Shown here: positions 9,417 through 18,044 of the stretch, piece by piece
How the letters are laid out: the number at the start of each line of letters is the position of its first letter
How positions within the stretch are numbered: position 1 is the stretch's first letter
Assembly (NCBI GenBank): GCA_016931595.1
Contig: JAFGEN010000159.1
Coordinates: forward strand, 1-57,037
From: Candidatus Aminicenantes bacterium
GTDB taxonomy: Bacteria; Acidobacteriota; Aminicenantia; Aminicenantales; UBA4085
Reading direction: 5' to 3'
DNA: 57,037 nucleotides
Translations under genes and position numbers: made by a program
Notes under the pieces: model-generated
Seen by the model: the letters and a program-made list of their open reading frames with translations, nothing else
What the model was told of the DNA's origin: nothing
Databases searched by the model: none

Positions 9417-10388
9417 ATGATCCCTTATGACCGCTCGGAAGCCCTTCGGGCCGAATACCGGTCCCGGATCAACCGGGTCATCGACTATATCGACCGGAAT
9501 ATCGGCCGCGAGCTCCGGTTGGAGGAGCTGGCCCGGACGGCCAATTTCTCCCGGTATCACTTCCACCGGATCTTCGGCGCCCTGACGGGTGAGACGCTCA
9601 ACGCGTTCATCCAGCGGCGGCGGGCGGAGCTTGCGGCCGGGGCCTTGATCGTCCATCCAAAGTCAACCATCACCGAGATCGCCCTGGAATACGGGTACTC
9701 GGGCTCGGACGTCTTCGCCCGGGCATTCAAGGAGCGGTTCGGGATGAGCGCCTCGGAATGGCGGGCCGGGGGGAGCGAAGCCTGGCGCAAGAACCGCCAA
9801 GCAAAAGGCAAGCCCGGTCAAACGGAGGGCAAGATCGGCCAAGAATTTTCGACGGTCCTGGACGATGATGAGGGCGATCGAATCTCATCCAGGAGGTCCT
9901 TCATGGACAAGTCGAAGTTCAAAGTCGAAGTCAGGGAGGTTCCGGCCCTCACGGTCGCTTACGTCCGGCACGTCGGACCGTTTCCGGAAATGAAGCGGGC
10001 CTACGACAAGCTGATGCAATGGGCCGGGCCGCGCGGGCTGCTGCGGTTCCCGGAAACGAAGGTTCTCGGGATCTATCACGATAATCCGGAAATCACCGAG
10101 ACGGACAAGCTCCGTTCCGATGCCTGCATCACCGTGCCGCCCGAGACCAAGGTCGAAGGCGAAGTCGGGAAAATGACCGTCCCCGGCGGATTGTTCGCCG
10201 TGGCCTATGCCGAAGTCGGAGTCAACGAATTCGGCGAAGCCTGGAACGCCCTGATGCGCGATTGGCTGCCGGGCAGCGGCTATCAGCCCGACGACCGGAT
10301 GTGCTACGAGCTCTGTCTCAACGACCCCAAGGATCATCCGGAAGGGAAGTTCATCATCGAAATTCACGAGCCCATCCGCCCGCTGTAG
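9417..10388 (+). CDS. AraC-family transcriptional regulator with GyrI-like effector-binding C-terminal domain
   Basis: ATG 9417 preceded by GAGGAAAGGA. AraC HTH stretches FSRYHFHRIFGALTGE and EIALEYGYSGSDVFARAFKERFGMS. ~150-aa C-terminal domain of GyrI/SOUL type. Divergent from dsbD. Confidence 0.85.
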   Translation: MIPYDRSEALRAEYRSRINRVIDYIDRNIGRELRLEELARTANFSRYHFHRIFGALTGETLNAFIQRRRAELAAGALIVHPKSTITEIALEYGYSGSDVFARAFKERFGMSASEWRAGGSEAWRKNRQAKGKPGQTEGKIGQEFSTVLDDDEGDRISSRRSFMDKSKFKVEVREVPALTVAYVRHVGPFPEMKRAYDKLMQWAGPRGLLRFPETKVLGIYHDNPEITETDKLRSDACITVPPETKVEGEVGKMTVPGGLFAVAYAEVGVNEFGEAWNALMRDWLPGSGYQPDDRMCYELCLNDPKDHPEGKFIIEIHEPIRPL

Positions 10389-10420
10389 GCTCGGAATTTT
10401 TGTTTTATACAAAATATCAA

Positions 10421-10619
10421 GGCCGGATCGCTTATTTCAAAAATGGACGATAAAGAAACTGCGGTCGCATGAAATGCCTCCCGCCAGCCGCGGGAACCAG
10501 TCCCGTCGGTTCCCCCCGAGGCGGGGCCCCCCTCCGCTATGCGGCTTCTGGGAGGCATTCCCCGCGACCACAGAGTCCGCGCTCAATAAATGTGATTTTT
10601 AGAATAAGCGATCCGGTCC
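10421..10619. repeat. ~200-bp nested inverted-repeat element (MITE-like or structured RNA) in a convergent intergenic region
   Basis: Outer arms GGCCGGATCGCTTATTTCAAAAAT (10421-10444) and ATTTTTAGAATAAGCGATCCGGTCC (10595-10619) pair in ~22 of 25 positions. Inner arms GCGGTCGCATGAAATGCCTCCC (10461-10482) and GGGAGGCATTCCCCGCGACCAC (10550-10571). Central hairpin GGGAACC/GGTTCCC (10492-10514). Confidence 0.55.
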
Positions 10620-10702
10620 TGATTACTCCTTCAGCCGTCGGCAAAAACAAGATTTCAATCAAGCCAACGCGCAAACAACATCCGGGCCTCGTGATTTCGA
10701 TT

Positions 10703-11371
10703 TCAGGAGAAGGGAAAGAAGAGGAAGACGGCCAGGTCCCAGAGAGTATGGCTCACGGCGCAAAGGAGCGCCGAGCCGGTCCGGAGATAAAGGAATCCCC
10801 AGAAAACACCGCAGACGGCGGCAGCGAGAATCAGCATCGGATTGGCCGAACCGAGGTGGACGGCTATGTAAAGTGCGGTCGCGGCGGCAAAACCGCGCCC
10901 CGGGCCGAACCGGGCCGAGAAACGCCGCTGGAGAAATCCACGCCAAAACAACTCCTCCCCGGGCCCGATGACGAGAGTCAGAAGCAGGCCGATGCGAAGG
11001 GTTGACGCGCCGCCCTTGAACTCATAGACCGAGGAGATACCGAGCGCGGCAAAGGGAAACAGAGACCGGGAGGCCGCGTTCCCGACGAAAAAGAGGGCGT
11101 AAAGAGCGACAGCAGAAACCGCTCCCAATAGGATTTTCCGGCCCGGACCGCTCTGGAGATCGGCCCGAAGCAAGGGGGGAAAGGACCGGTCCAGCATGAC
11201 GCCCATTCCAACGAGAAGAACCAGGATTCCGCCCATCAGCCACCAGAAATCGAGCGGCCCGATTCCGTGGAAAATGAACAAGGGGACGAAAAGGAGGACG
11301 GCGACGGGCGCCAGACAAATCGGGGCCAGGTTACTCATTACCTCGATCTTCAAAGGAGAATATTGGGCCAT
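10703..11371 (-). CDS. CPBP-family (CAAX-type) intramembrane glutamic protease
   Basis: Polytopic 222-aa protein with motif GEELFWRGFLQRR (EExxxR) and His motifs YIAVHL and AVSHTLWD. Confidence 0.8.
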   Translation of the reverse strand: MAQYSPLKIEVMSNLAPICLAPVAVLLFVPLFIFHGIGPLDFWWLMGGILVLLVGMGVMLDRSFPPLLRADLQSGPGRKILLGAVSAVALYALFFVGNAASRSLFPFAALGISSVYEFKGGASTLRIGLLLTLVIGPGEELFWRGFLQRRFSARFGPGRGFAAATALYIAVHLGSANPMLILAAAVCGVFWGFLYLRTGSALLCAVSHTLWDLAVFLFFPFS

Positions 11372-11411
11372 GATCTTTGGGCCCCTGTTTTTGAATTATT
11401 GGCGCCTGATT

Positions 11412-12347
11412 TCATCCCAACACATACGCGATCCACAGCCCGGCGGTGTAAAGCAGGCCGAAGTGGAGGTTGTATTTCGCCGTGGCCCCGTCGAGGATGA
11501 CGAAGTCCATCGGCCGGGCCGGCCGGTGCCGCTTCCGAGCCCGGCCCCAGAGCGTCAAGGCCTCGGGGAGCGCGGCCAGGGTGACGAGACACGTCCAGGG
11601 AAGGCGCGGGAGGCCGAAGTGGATGAGCGGGAGGACGGCGAACAACACGACCAGGAACTGGCTGCCGAAGAGGAGGAAGGCGTAGTACCGAAGCGAACCG
11701 CGGTCGCCGAGGAGACCGGCAAAGGTCCTCACCCTCCGCTCCGAATCCGTGGCGATGTCCCGCCAATTGTTGGCATGAAGAATTCCGCTGACGAGCATGG
11801 CCATCGGGATCGTCCAGACGACCGGAAGCCAGCTGCCGCGGCCCGTTTGAACGATCCAGGCGCCGAGAGCCCCCAGGATTCCGAAATCCAGGAACACGGC
11901 CGCGTCGCCCAGGGAGTGGGCCTTGAGCAGAGTGTAGACGGCGCCGATCAACACTCCGACGCCGCCGACGGCCAGGAGAATACAGCTTGTCCGCCACGCC
12001 AGAACGAGGCCCAAAACGATGCCGACGGCGAACAGGAAGACCGCCGCGCGCGCCACTTGGCGCTCCGACAGCCAGCCGCGAACAATCGCCCCGCTGACCG
12101 GCGTCACCCGGGTATCCAGCCCGTGTTTAAAGTCGAAAACATCGCTGAGCATATTGGCCGCCGAGTGGAGGACAACCATCGCCAGAAAGGCTCCCCCGAA
12201 CAAAAGGACGTTCAGCCGGGCCCCATCTATAACGACGGCCAGGCTTGTGCCGAAGATCACGGGCATCGTCGAGGCGGGAAGGGCCCAAGGGCGGGCGGCG
12301 GTCAGCCATTTCCGGACCGGCGAGGGGTCTGTTTCCGCAAATTCCAT
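11412..12347 (-). CDS. UbiA-family aromatic prenyltransferase, MenA-like
   Basis: Start trimmed to ATG 12347 (MEFAETDPSPVRKWLTAARPWALPAS...). Asp-rich motifs NMLSDVFDFKHGLD and NNWRDIATD. Multiple TM helices. 40 nt upstream of the CPBP gene on the same strand. Confidence 0.75.
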   Translation of the reverse strand: MEFAETDPSPVRKWLTAARPWALPASTMPVIFGTSLAVVIDGARLNVLLFGGAFLAMVVLHSAANMLSDVFDFKHGLDTRVTPVSGAIVRGWLSERQVARAAVFLFAVGIVLGLVLAWRTSCILLAVGGVGVLIGAVYTLLKAHSLGDAAVFLDFGILGALGAWIVQTGRGSWLPVVWTIPMAMLVSGILHANNWRDIATDSERRVRTFAGLLGDRGSLRYYAFLLFGSQFLVVLFAVLPLIHFGLPRLPWTCLVTLAALPEALTLWGRARKRHRPARPMDFVILDGATAKYNLHFGLLYTAGLWIAYVLG

Positions 12348-12429
12348 GGGGGAATTATACTGGATTCCGGGGGAAAAGCATGTTATAGTCCCTATCGAAT
12401 CGCTCGACTCTTCCGAAAGGAGGCCGCCG

Positions 12430-13674
12430 ATGTCCAAAGACCGCTCTTTCCTCGACCGACGCCAATTCCTCAAAAACGGGTTCCTGGGAGTCGCCGGAGC
12501 AAGCGCCCTGGCCGCCGTCCCGGCCGCCCTGAAAGGCGGGCAGCAAGCCGCCGCTCCCGCCGCGGCTGCGGCCAAAGCGACGGCCGACTTCATCCGCCGG
12601 CCCCTGGGAAATACCGGGATCAAGCTCCCGGTCGTCTCCATGGGAGTGATGAATTCAAACAACGAAAACCTGATCCAGGCCGCCCTCGACAGCGGCATCG
12701 TCCATCTGGACACGGCCCACGGTTACCAGCGCGGGACAAACGAGGGGGCCATCGGGAAGGTCCTCAAGGGCCGCCCCCGCGACTCCTATTTCATCGCGAC
12801 CAAAGTCCAGGGCGAGCCCCGCGACCGCCGGACGGGGACGTTCTCGGCTGAAACCAAGGCCGAGCCGTTCCTGGAAAAAGTCGACCTGAGCCTCCAGCGC
12901 CTAGGTTTGGACTACGTCGATATCATGTACCTCCACAACGTCTCGAACCGGGACTCGGTCCTCTTCGAACCCCTCATGGGCGCCTTGCAAAAAATCAAGA
13001 AGGAAGGCAAGGCCCGCTTCATCGGGGTGACCACCCACAGCAACGAACATGATGTCGTCCGGGCGGCGACCGAGGCAAAAGTCTACGATGTGGTCCTCGT
13101 CAGCTACAATTTCCGCAAGACCAATTTGGCCGAACTCGACCCGGCCATCGCCGACGCGGCCAAGGCCGGCCTCGGCGTCATCGCCATGAAAACCCAGGCC
13201 GGCGGATTCTGGGACCGGGAAAAAACCGACCCGATCAACATGAAGGCGGCCTTGAAGTGGGCCCTAAGCAACCCCAACATCACCACGGCTATTCCCGGCT
13301 GCACCGCGTTCGACCAGCTGACACTCAACCTCGAGGCCATGACCGACATCAAGCTGACCGATAAGGAGAAAGCCGACCTCCGTCTGGGCGGAGAGGACCA
13401 CGGCGGAGGGCTCTACTGCCAGGGCTGCCAGGCCTGTCTCCCCCAATGTCCGAAGGGTCTCCCGCTTCCCGACCTGATGCGGAGCTACATGTACGCCTAC
13501 GGGTACCGGAACCTCGGCACGGCTTACGACCTGGTCGGCGACCTGGGCGTCGGAACCGACCCCTGCGCCGATTGCGGCGCGTGCGCGGTCAAGTGCACGA
13601 TGGGCTTCGACGTCCGGGCCCGGGTGACAACGATCGCCCAGCTCCAGGCCGCCCCGGCCGAGCTCTTCGGCTGA
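12430..13674 (+). CDS. Aldo/keto reductase with twin-arginine signal and C-terminal Fe-S (ferredoxin-like) Cys clusters
   Basis: ATG 12430 with GAAAGGAGG upstream. Tat motif DRRQFLKNGFLGVAGASALAAVPA. AKR stretches HLDTAHGYQ and DYVDIMYLHN. Cys clusters CQGCQACLPQCP and CADCGACAVKC. Confidence 0.8.
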   Translation: MSKDRSFLDRRQFLKNGFLGVAGASALAAVPAALKGGQQAAAPAAAAAKATADFIRRPLGNTGIKLPVVSMGVMNSNNENLIQAALDSGIVHLDTAHGYQRGTNEGAIGKVLKGRPRDSYFIATKVQGEPRDRRTGTFSAETKAEPFLEKVDLSLQRLGLDYVDIMYLHNVSNRDSVLFEPLMGALQKIKKEGKARFIGVTTHSNEHDVVRAATEAKVYDVVLVSYNFRKTNLAELDPAIADAAKAGLGVIAMKTQAGGFWDREKTDPINMKAALKWALSNPNITTAIPGCTAFDQLTLNLEAMTDIKLTDKEKADLRLGGEDHGGGLYCQGCQACLPQCPKGLPLPDLMRSYMYAYGYRNLGTAYDLVGDLGVGTDPCADCGACAVKCTMGFDVRARVTTIAQLQAAPAELFG

Positions 13675-13728
13675 TCAATCGCCGCTCATCATTCGAGGGT
13701 TGAGTAACCTGGCCCCGGATTCCGTCGC

Positions 13729-15063
13729 CTATTTTTCTTTCGCCGGGAGGGGCTTCATCCTCTTGTTGATCCCGTAAACAACCAGTCCGAGGGCCGTCAA
13801 GCCGAGGCCGGCCAGCGATTCCTTCGGACGATAGAGAAGCCCGTAGACCAGGATGTAAACGTGGATCGCCAGAAAGGCGAGGGGCACCCACGGATAACCG
13901 ATCGTCCTGTAGGAGCGGGGAAGGTCCGGACGCTTTTTCCGCATGATCATCACCCCAAGGACCGTCATGAAGGTGAAGATGTTGAGGGTGAAGCCGATGA
14001 AGACGATGACTTGCTCGAATGTCGATGTGACGATGTAGAAAACGGAGAGGAGGCCCTGGACGACGATGGCCAAGGCCGGGATGTCCTTTTTTGTCGTCTT
14101 CCCCAGCCGCCGGAAGAGGCGGTAGTCCTCCCCGAGAACCCGCGAAATTCTCGGCCCGGCGATGATCATCGCGCTGATGCTGGAGAGAAGGAGGAAGGCG
14201 ATGATCCCGCCCATCAGCCGCCCCCCGACGCTCCCGAAGACCCGGTCGGCGAACACATACCCGACCTCGAGCTTTCCGGCCAGTTCGGCGATGGGAACGG
14301 TTCGAAGGAAGACGAAATTGAGAAGCACATACAAGACGATGACGATCAGCGTCCCGCTGATCAGGCTCTTGGGCAGGTTCTTCTGAGGACAATCGATCTC
14401 CCCGGCGCAGTAAGCCGCGGCGTTCCAACCGGAATAGCTGAACGTCACAAAAAACATCGAGACGGCGAACGCCGGGCTGAGAATATCACTCCAAGCCTTG
14501 GCCGAGGGGGCGAAGGACATCCCGGCCGACTTGCCCAGGACCAGGCCCAGGGCGACGATCAAGACGATGAAGATGACCTTGAATATCGTGATGACGTTCT
14601 GGAACCGGGCGCCGAGGTTCTTGTCCAGGCTGTGAACAGCGGTCACGGCGGCGACAACGGCGATGGCCGTCACAGAGGAGGTCGACAGTCCGAGGAAGCC
14701 CGGCTGCTCCTGAAGCGACAGGGCGCTTCCGAGGTACCGGCCCAACCCCATGGCCGCGGCCGCCACGGGTGCGGCGAACCCGACAAGGAATGAGATCCAG
14801 CCGGCCAGGAAACCGACGGCCGGATGGAACATCTCGGACAGAAAGTGGTATTCCCCGCCGCTTCTGGGGAACATGACCGCGGCCTCCGAATATGTCAGAG
14901 CCCCGAACAGGGCGATGGCCCCGCCCACGATCCAGAGGAGGAGGAGAGCCGAACCGGAGGTGATCCCGGCCGCCTGGAATCCGAGACTGGTGAAGACGCC
15001 CGTTCCGACCATATTGGCTACGACCAGGGCGGTGGCAGTGGTGAGGCTGAATGTGTTTTTCAT
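13729..15063 (-). CDS. APC-superfamily amino-acid permease
   Basis: Start trimmed to ATG 15063 (MKNTFSLTTATALVVANMVGTGVFTSLGFQ). ~12 hydrophobic helices. The start overlaps the upstream stop (ATGA at 15060-15063). Confidence 0.85.
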   Translation of the reverse strand: MKNTFSLTTATALVVANMVGTGVFTSLGFQAAGITSGSALLLLWIVGGAIALFGALTYSEAAVMFPRSGGEYHFLSEMFHPAVGFLAGWISFLVGFAAPVAAAAMGLGRYLGSALSLQEQPGFLGLSTSSVTAIAVVAAVTAVHSLDKNLGARFQNVITIFKVIFIVLIVALGLVLGKSAGMSFAPSAKAWSDILSPAFAVSMFFVTFSYSGWNAAAYCAGEIDCPQKNLPKSLISGTLIVIVLYVLLNFVFLRTVPIAELAGKLEVGYVFADRVFGSVGGRLMGGIIAFLLLSSISAMIIAGPRISRVLGEDYRLFRRLGKTTKKDIPALAIVVQGLLSVFYIVTSTFEQVIVFIGFTLNIFTFMTVLGVMIMRKKRPDLPRSYRTIGYPWVPLAFLAIHVYILVYGLLYRPKESLAGLGLTALGLVVYGINKRMKPLPAKEK

Positions 15064-16226
15064 TTTTTCACGATGGAGAGCAAGGCGACCTTTTTCGTCC
15101 CCCAATGATAACCGATGGGGAAGGGCAGGGACTTGGCCCTTCCCGGCTCCTCGAACGCCGCCTGCAGGTCCGGCTGGTCGAGGTTTTTGAAGTCGGCCAC
15201 CGGCGGGGCATAGGTTCCATACAAGCGAACATCCCATTTCTCCGGCTTGAAATGCCGGAAGGGAATTCCCGTATCGTCCTGGAGGATGTACCGGCTTCGG
15301 GCCAGGACAAGCTCCCGGATTCGGGAAAATTCCCGGTAATGCATTAAATACGATGCGGACTTGACGAACGTTGTCTCGAAGGGCAGACCCTGGAGATACA
15401 GGTCGAGCGGCGTTCCCTCTCCAAAGGCCTTGTTTTCCAAATCGCAGGAAATGTAGGACATGTCCCGCGGAACGCTCGTCCCTTCGGCGAAGAACGCAAT
15501 GCGGACGCCGAACGGCCGGCGCCGTTTCCGCTGTTCGCCCGGATAGGGGCTTTCGACCGCCGCCCCCTTTTCCGAAATCTCCAGACGCCGGACCGACGAG
15601 ATCGTGTAACCGCTCCTCTTCAGAAAAAAACACAGGATCGGAAGAACACCGTCGACCTTGTCGTCGGCCAGCTCGGCGTTCATGTTTTTCGTGATGAAGT
15701 AGCTCTTTTTGAAGAAATCTTCGAGCGCGTCCTGAACGCTGAGGATGTAACGGGCGGCTTTCTCCGCCTCGGACGCCTGGAATTCGGGCATCCGCCCGAC
15801 AAACTCCAGGCCGAGGAGAAGGTAATGAGCCGCTCCGGGATAAAGAACGAGCGGCGTCAACCCGTCGGGCCCGCCGAAGGGATAAAAGAGCGTCGCCGCG
15901 GCCGCCCGGGACTCGGCGATTTCCCGCTCGGCCCAGGTCCGGATCGGCCCCAGCCGGGCGGATTCCATCGCCGCCCATTGTTCTTCCAGGGCGGCGGCGT
16001 ACGCCCGGTACTCATCCGTTTCCTGGAACTCCATGTAGGGCGCCGTCCGGCAAGGCCGGCCCGCTAAAAACGAGGCGATCTCGTCGTAAACCGGGTCGAC
16101 GGGAAGGCCTCGGACCGGGCTCTCCGCTTGCGGCCGCACATCGGCTTGGCCGGATAATCCGGCCGCACACACGGCCGCCCAGGCAGCCGCCGCGAACACA
16201 ATCAAACGGGTTCGTCTCTGCTTCAT
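15060..16226 (-). CDS. Secreted protein of unknown function
   Basis: ATG 16226 gives MKQRRTRLIVFAAAAWAAVCAAGLSGQA (signal-peptide-like). A TTG at 16259 is an alternative start. Contains FYPFGGPDG but no family recognised. Translationally coupled to the permease. Confidence 0.6.
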   Translation of the reverse strand: MKQRRTRLIVFAAAAWAAVCAAGLSGQADVRPQAESPVRGLPVDPVYDEIASFLAGRPCRTAPYMEFQETDEYRAYAAALEEQWAAMESARLGPIRTWAEREIAESRAAAATLFYPFGGPDGLTPLVLYPGAAHYLLLGLEFVGRMPEFQASEAEKAARYILSVQDALEDFFKKSYFITKNMNAELADDKVDGVLPILCFFLKRSGYTISSVRRLEISEKGAAVESPYPGEQRKRRRPFGVRIAFFAEGTSVPRDMSYISCDLENKAFGEGTPLDLYLQGLPFETTFVKSASYLMHYREFSRIRELVLARSRYILQDDTGIPFRHFKPEKWDVRLYGTYAPPVADFKNLDQPDLQAAFEEPGRAKSLPFPIGYHWGTKKVALLSIVKK

Positions 16227-16354
16227 CGATGATCCAGGGCCGGAAAAATCGGTTTTCAACCCTTGCCCGAAATCCGGGTGAACGCGTCATCATAAGATAC
16301 TCGAGGAGAAAAAGCGAATTCCAAACGGGAGGTCGGGATGTTCGGCGGGAACGC

Positions 16355-18034
16355 TCAGCCCGCCGCCGGCTTCGGCTTCTTGATGATCACAAGCGTCCGG
16401 TCGTCCTCGGGATCTCCTCCCCCCGAAAACTCCCTGAGGGCGGTGAAGATGTCGGCCAGGATGTCCTCGGCGCATTTCCCGGCCGAGCCCCGGACGGATT
16501 TGATCACGCCTTCCACCCCGAATTCCTCTCCGGCCGCATTCCGGCTTTCGGTGATTCCGTCGGTATAGAGGATGAGAACATCGCCGGAACCCAGGGTGAC
16601 CCGGCCTTCCCCGTATTCGAGCCCGGCCAGCATGCCCAGGGCCATCCCCGTTCCTTCGAGCGGCCGGGTGACGCCGGAGGCGGCCAGGTGCAGCGGGGGA
16701 TTATGGCCGGCGTTGACGTAGCGAAAACCGCCGTCGGCGGGATTGAGCTCCCCATAAAAAAAGGTGATGAACACGTTCGGGGCCGAGCTTCGGAAAATGA
16801 ATTCGCTCAGCTTATGGGCCAGTTCTCCCGGGGCCACCCCCGGCCGGGCCTCCGACTGAAGGGCGGCTCGAAGCGAGGCCATGAGGAGCGAGGCGCTGAC
16901 GCCCTTGCCGGCGACATCGGCGATCGTCAGTCCGAGGCGGCCGTCGGCCAGGGAGATGAAATCAAAGTAGTCCCCGCCCACGTGCAGCGACGGAATCGAC
17001 TCGGCTGAAATCTCGAAATCCCTGCAGACCGGAAAGTCCTTGGGCAGCAGGCCCCGCTGGATTTCGGCGGCCAGGCGGAGCTCCCGCTCCAGGCGCTCGC
17101 GGGCCTGGACATCCTCGACCATTCGGGCGTTTTCAATTTTAACGGCGGCCAAGTTGGCCAGAAGCGTCAGGAGCCGGAGATCTTCCTCGGTGAACGGCTC
17201 CCGGCTCGAAACCCGCTCGGCGCAGACGACTCCCAGCGTCTCCTTCTCGGTCTCCAGGGGAACGCACATCGCCGAATGAAGGCCCATGTCGATGATGCTC
17301 TGGCGGTCGGCAAAGCGCGGGTCCTCGGCCGCGTCGGATGTCAAGACGGACAGTTTCCGGGAAGCGGCCATTTCGACCAGCCCCCGGCTGATCTGCATCC
17401 GGCTCTTCTGCAAGTGGGGATTACTGACCCTGACGGCCCGGGGGACAAGCGTATCGGGGTCGTCGTCCTCCATGAGGAACAGGGCCCCGCGGTCCATCGG
17501 AAGGTGAGAGGAGATCAGGTTCATGATATATTCGAGCAGCTCCTGGAGGGGCTTGTGAATCAGGAGAGCCCGACTGACCTCGTTCATGACGACAAGAAGC
17601 CGGTCGTCCCCGGGAGGCCTTTTTTCCGGCCCCAGAGGCCGCAGCCCGGCGTCCGTGCTCCGGCTGACGATATCGCGCGACGGGAGAGCCGTGCTGACCC
17701 TGACTGAAAGTCTCGGAGAATCAGTGATCTCGACGGCCTCCGTCCAGGGCCGGTCGAAGCAAATGCGGACCGCGCCGATTGAAATTTCGTCCCCCGGGAC
17801 GAGAAGAACGGGTTCGACCACCCGGAGCCCGTTGATCATGGTGCCGTTCTTACTCCCGGCGTCCTCCACGGTCCAACCCCGGGACGTTCTCTTGATCCGG
17901 GCGTGGCGGCTGGAGATGTAGGCGTCGGGCAATCGGACATCGGCATCGACGGCCCGGCCGAGGACGATTTCGTCCTTCTCCAGAACAACGGAAAACGACG
18001 GCGCTTGTTTTGGATACACATAAAGCGTCGACAT
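16355..18034 (-). CDS. FHA-GAF-PP2C (SpoIIE/RsbU-type) serine phosphatase
   Basis: ATG 18034 with GAGGTGA upstream. FHA stretch GRAVDADVRLPDAYISSRHARI...GSKNGTMING. Central GAF-like region. PP2C motifs HVGGDYFDF and LYTDGITE. Confidence 0.85.
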   Translation of the reverse strand: MSTLYVYPKQAPSFSVVLEKDEIVLGRAVDADVRLPDAYISSRHARIKRTSRGWTVEDAGSKNGTMINGLRVVEPVLLVPGDEISIGAVRICFDRPWTEAVEITDSPRLSVRVSTALPSRDIVSRSTDAGLRPLGPEKRPPGDDRLLVVMNEVSRALLIHKPLQELLEYIMNLISSHLPMDRGALFLMEDDDPDTLVPRAVRVSNPHLQKSRMQISRGLVEMAASRKLSVLTSDAAEDPRFADRQSIIDMGLHSAMCVPLETEKETLGVVCAERVSSREPFTEEDLRLLTLLANLAAVKIENARMVEDVQARERLERELRLAAEIQRGLLPKDFPVCRDFEISAESIPSLHVGGDYFDFISLADGRLGLTIADVAGKGVSASLLMASLRAALQSEARPGVAPGELAHKLSEFIFRSSAPNVFITFFYGELNPADGGFRYVNAGHNPPLHLAASGVTRPLEGTGMALGMLAGLEYGEGRVTLGSGDVLILYTDGITESRNAAGEEFGVEGVIKSVRGSAGKCAEDILADIFTALREFSGGGDPEDDRTLVIIKKPKPAAG

Positions 18035-18044
18035 CGATCTCACC

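Noticed and set aside
11196-12851. 551-aa plus-strand ORF across the CPBP/prenyltransferase region
   Set aside because: It overlaps two motif-supported minus-strand genes and then runs out of frame into the AKR gene, with low-complexity Arg/Pro/Gly composition. The same reasoning rejects 1793-2947(-), 641-1186(-), 7237-7956(-), 7632-8558(+), 13589-14428(-), 13861-14793(+), 18216-19232(+), 20985-21704(-), 22075-23079(-), 23456-24433(-), 24285-25010(-), 27554-28423(-), 28317-29135(+), 28489-29382(-), 31029-31886(-), 34807-35565(+), 39085-40083(-), 40147-41136(-), 46057-47151(+), 46319-47263(-), 47572-48345(-), 49698-50744(-), 52367-53227(-) and 53269-53988(+).
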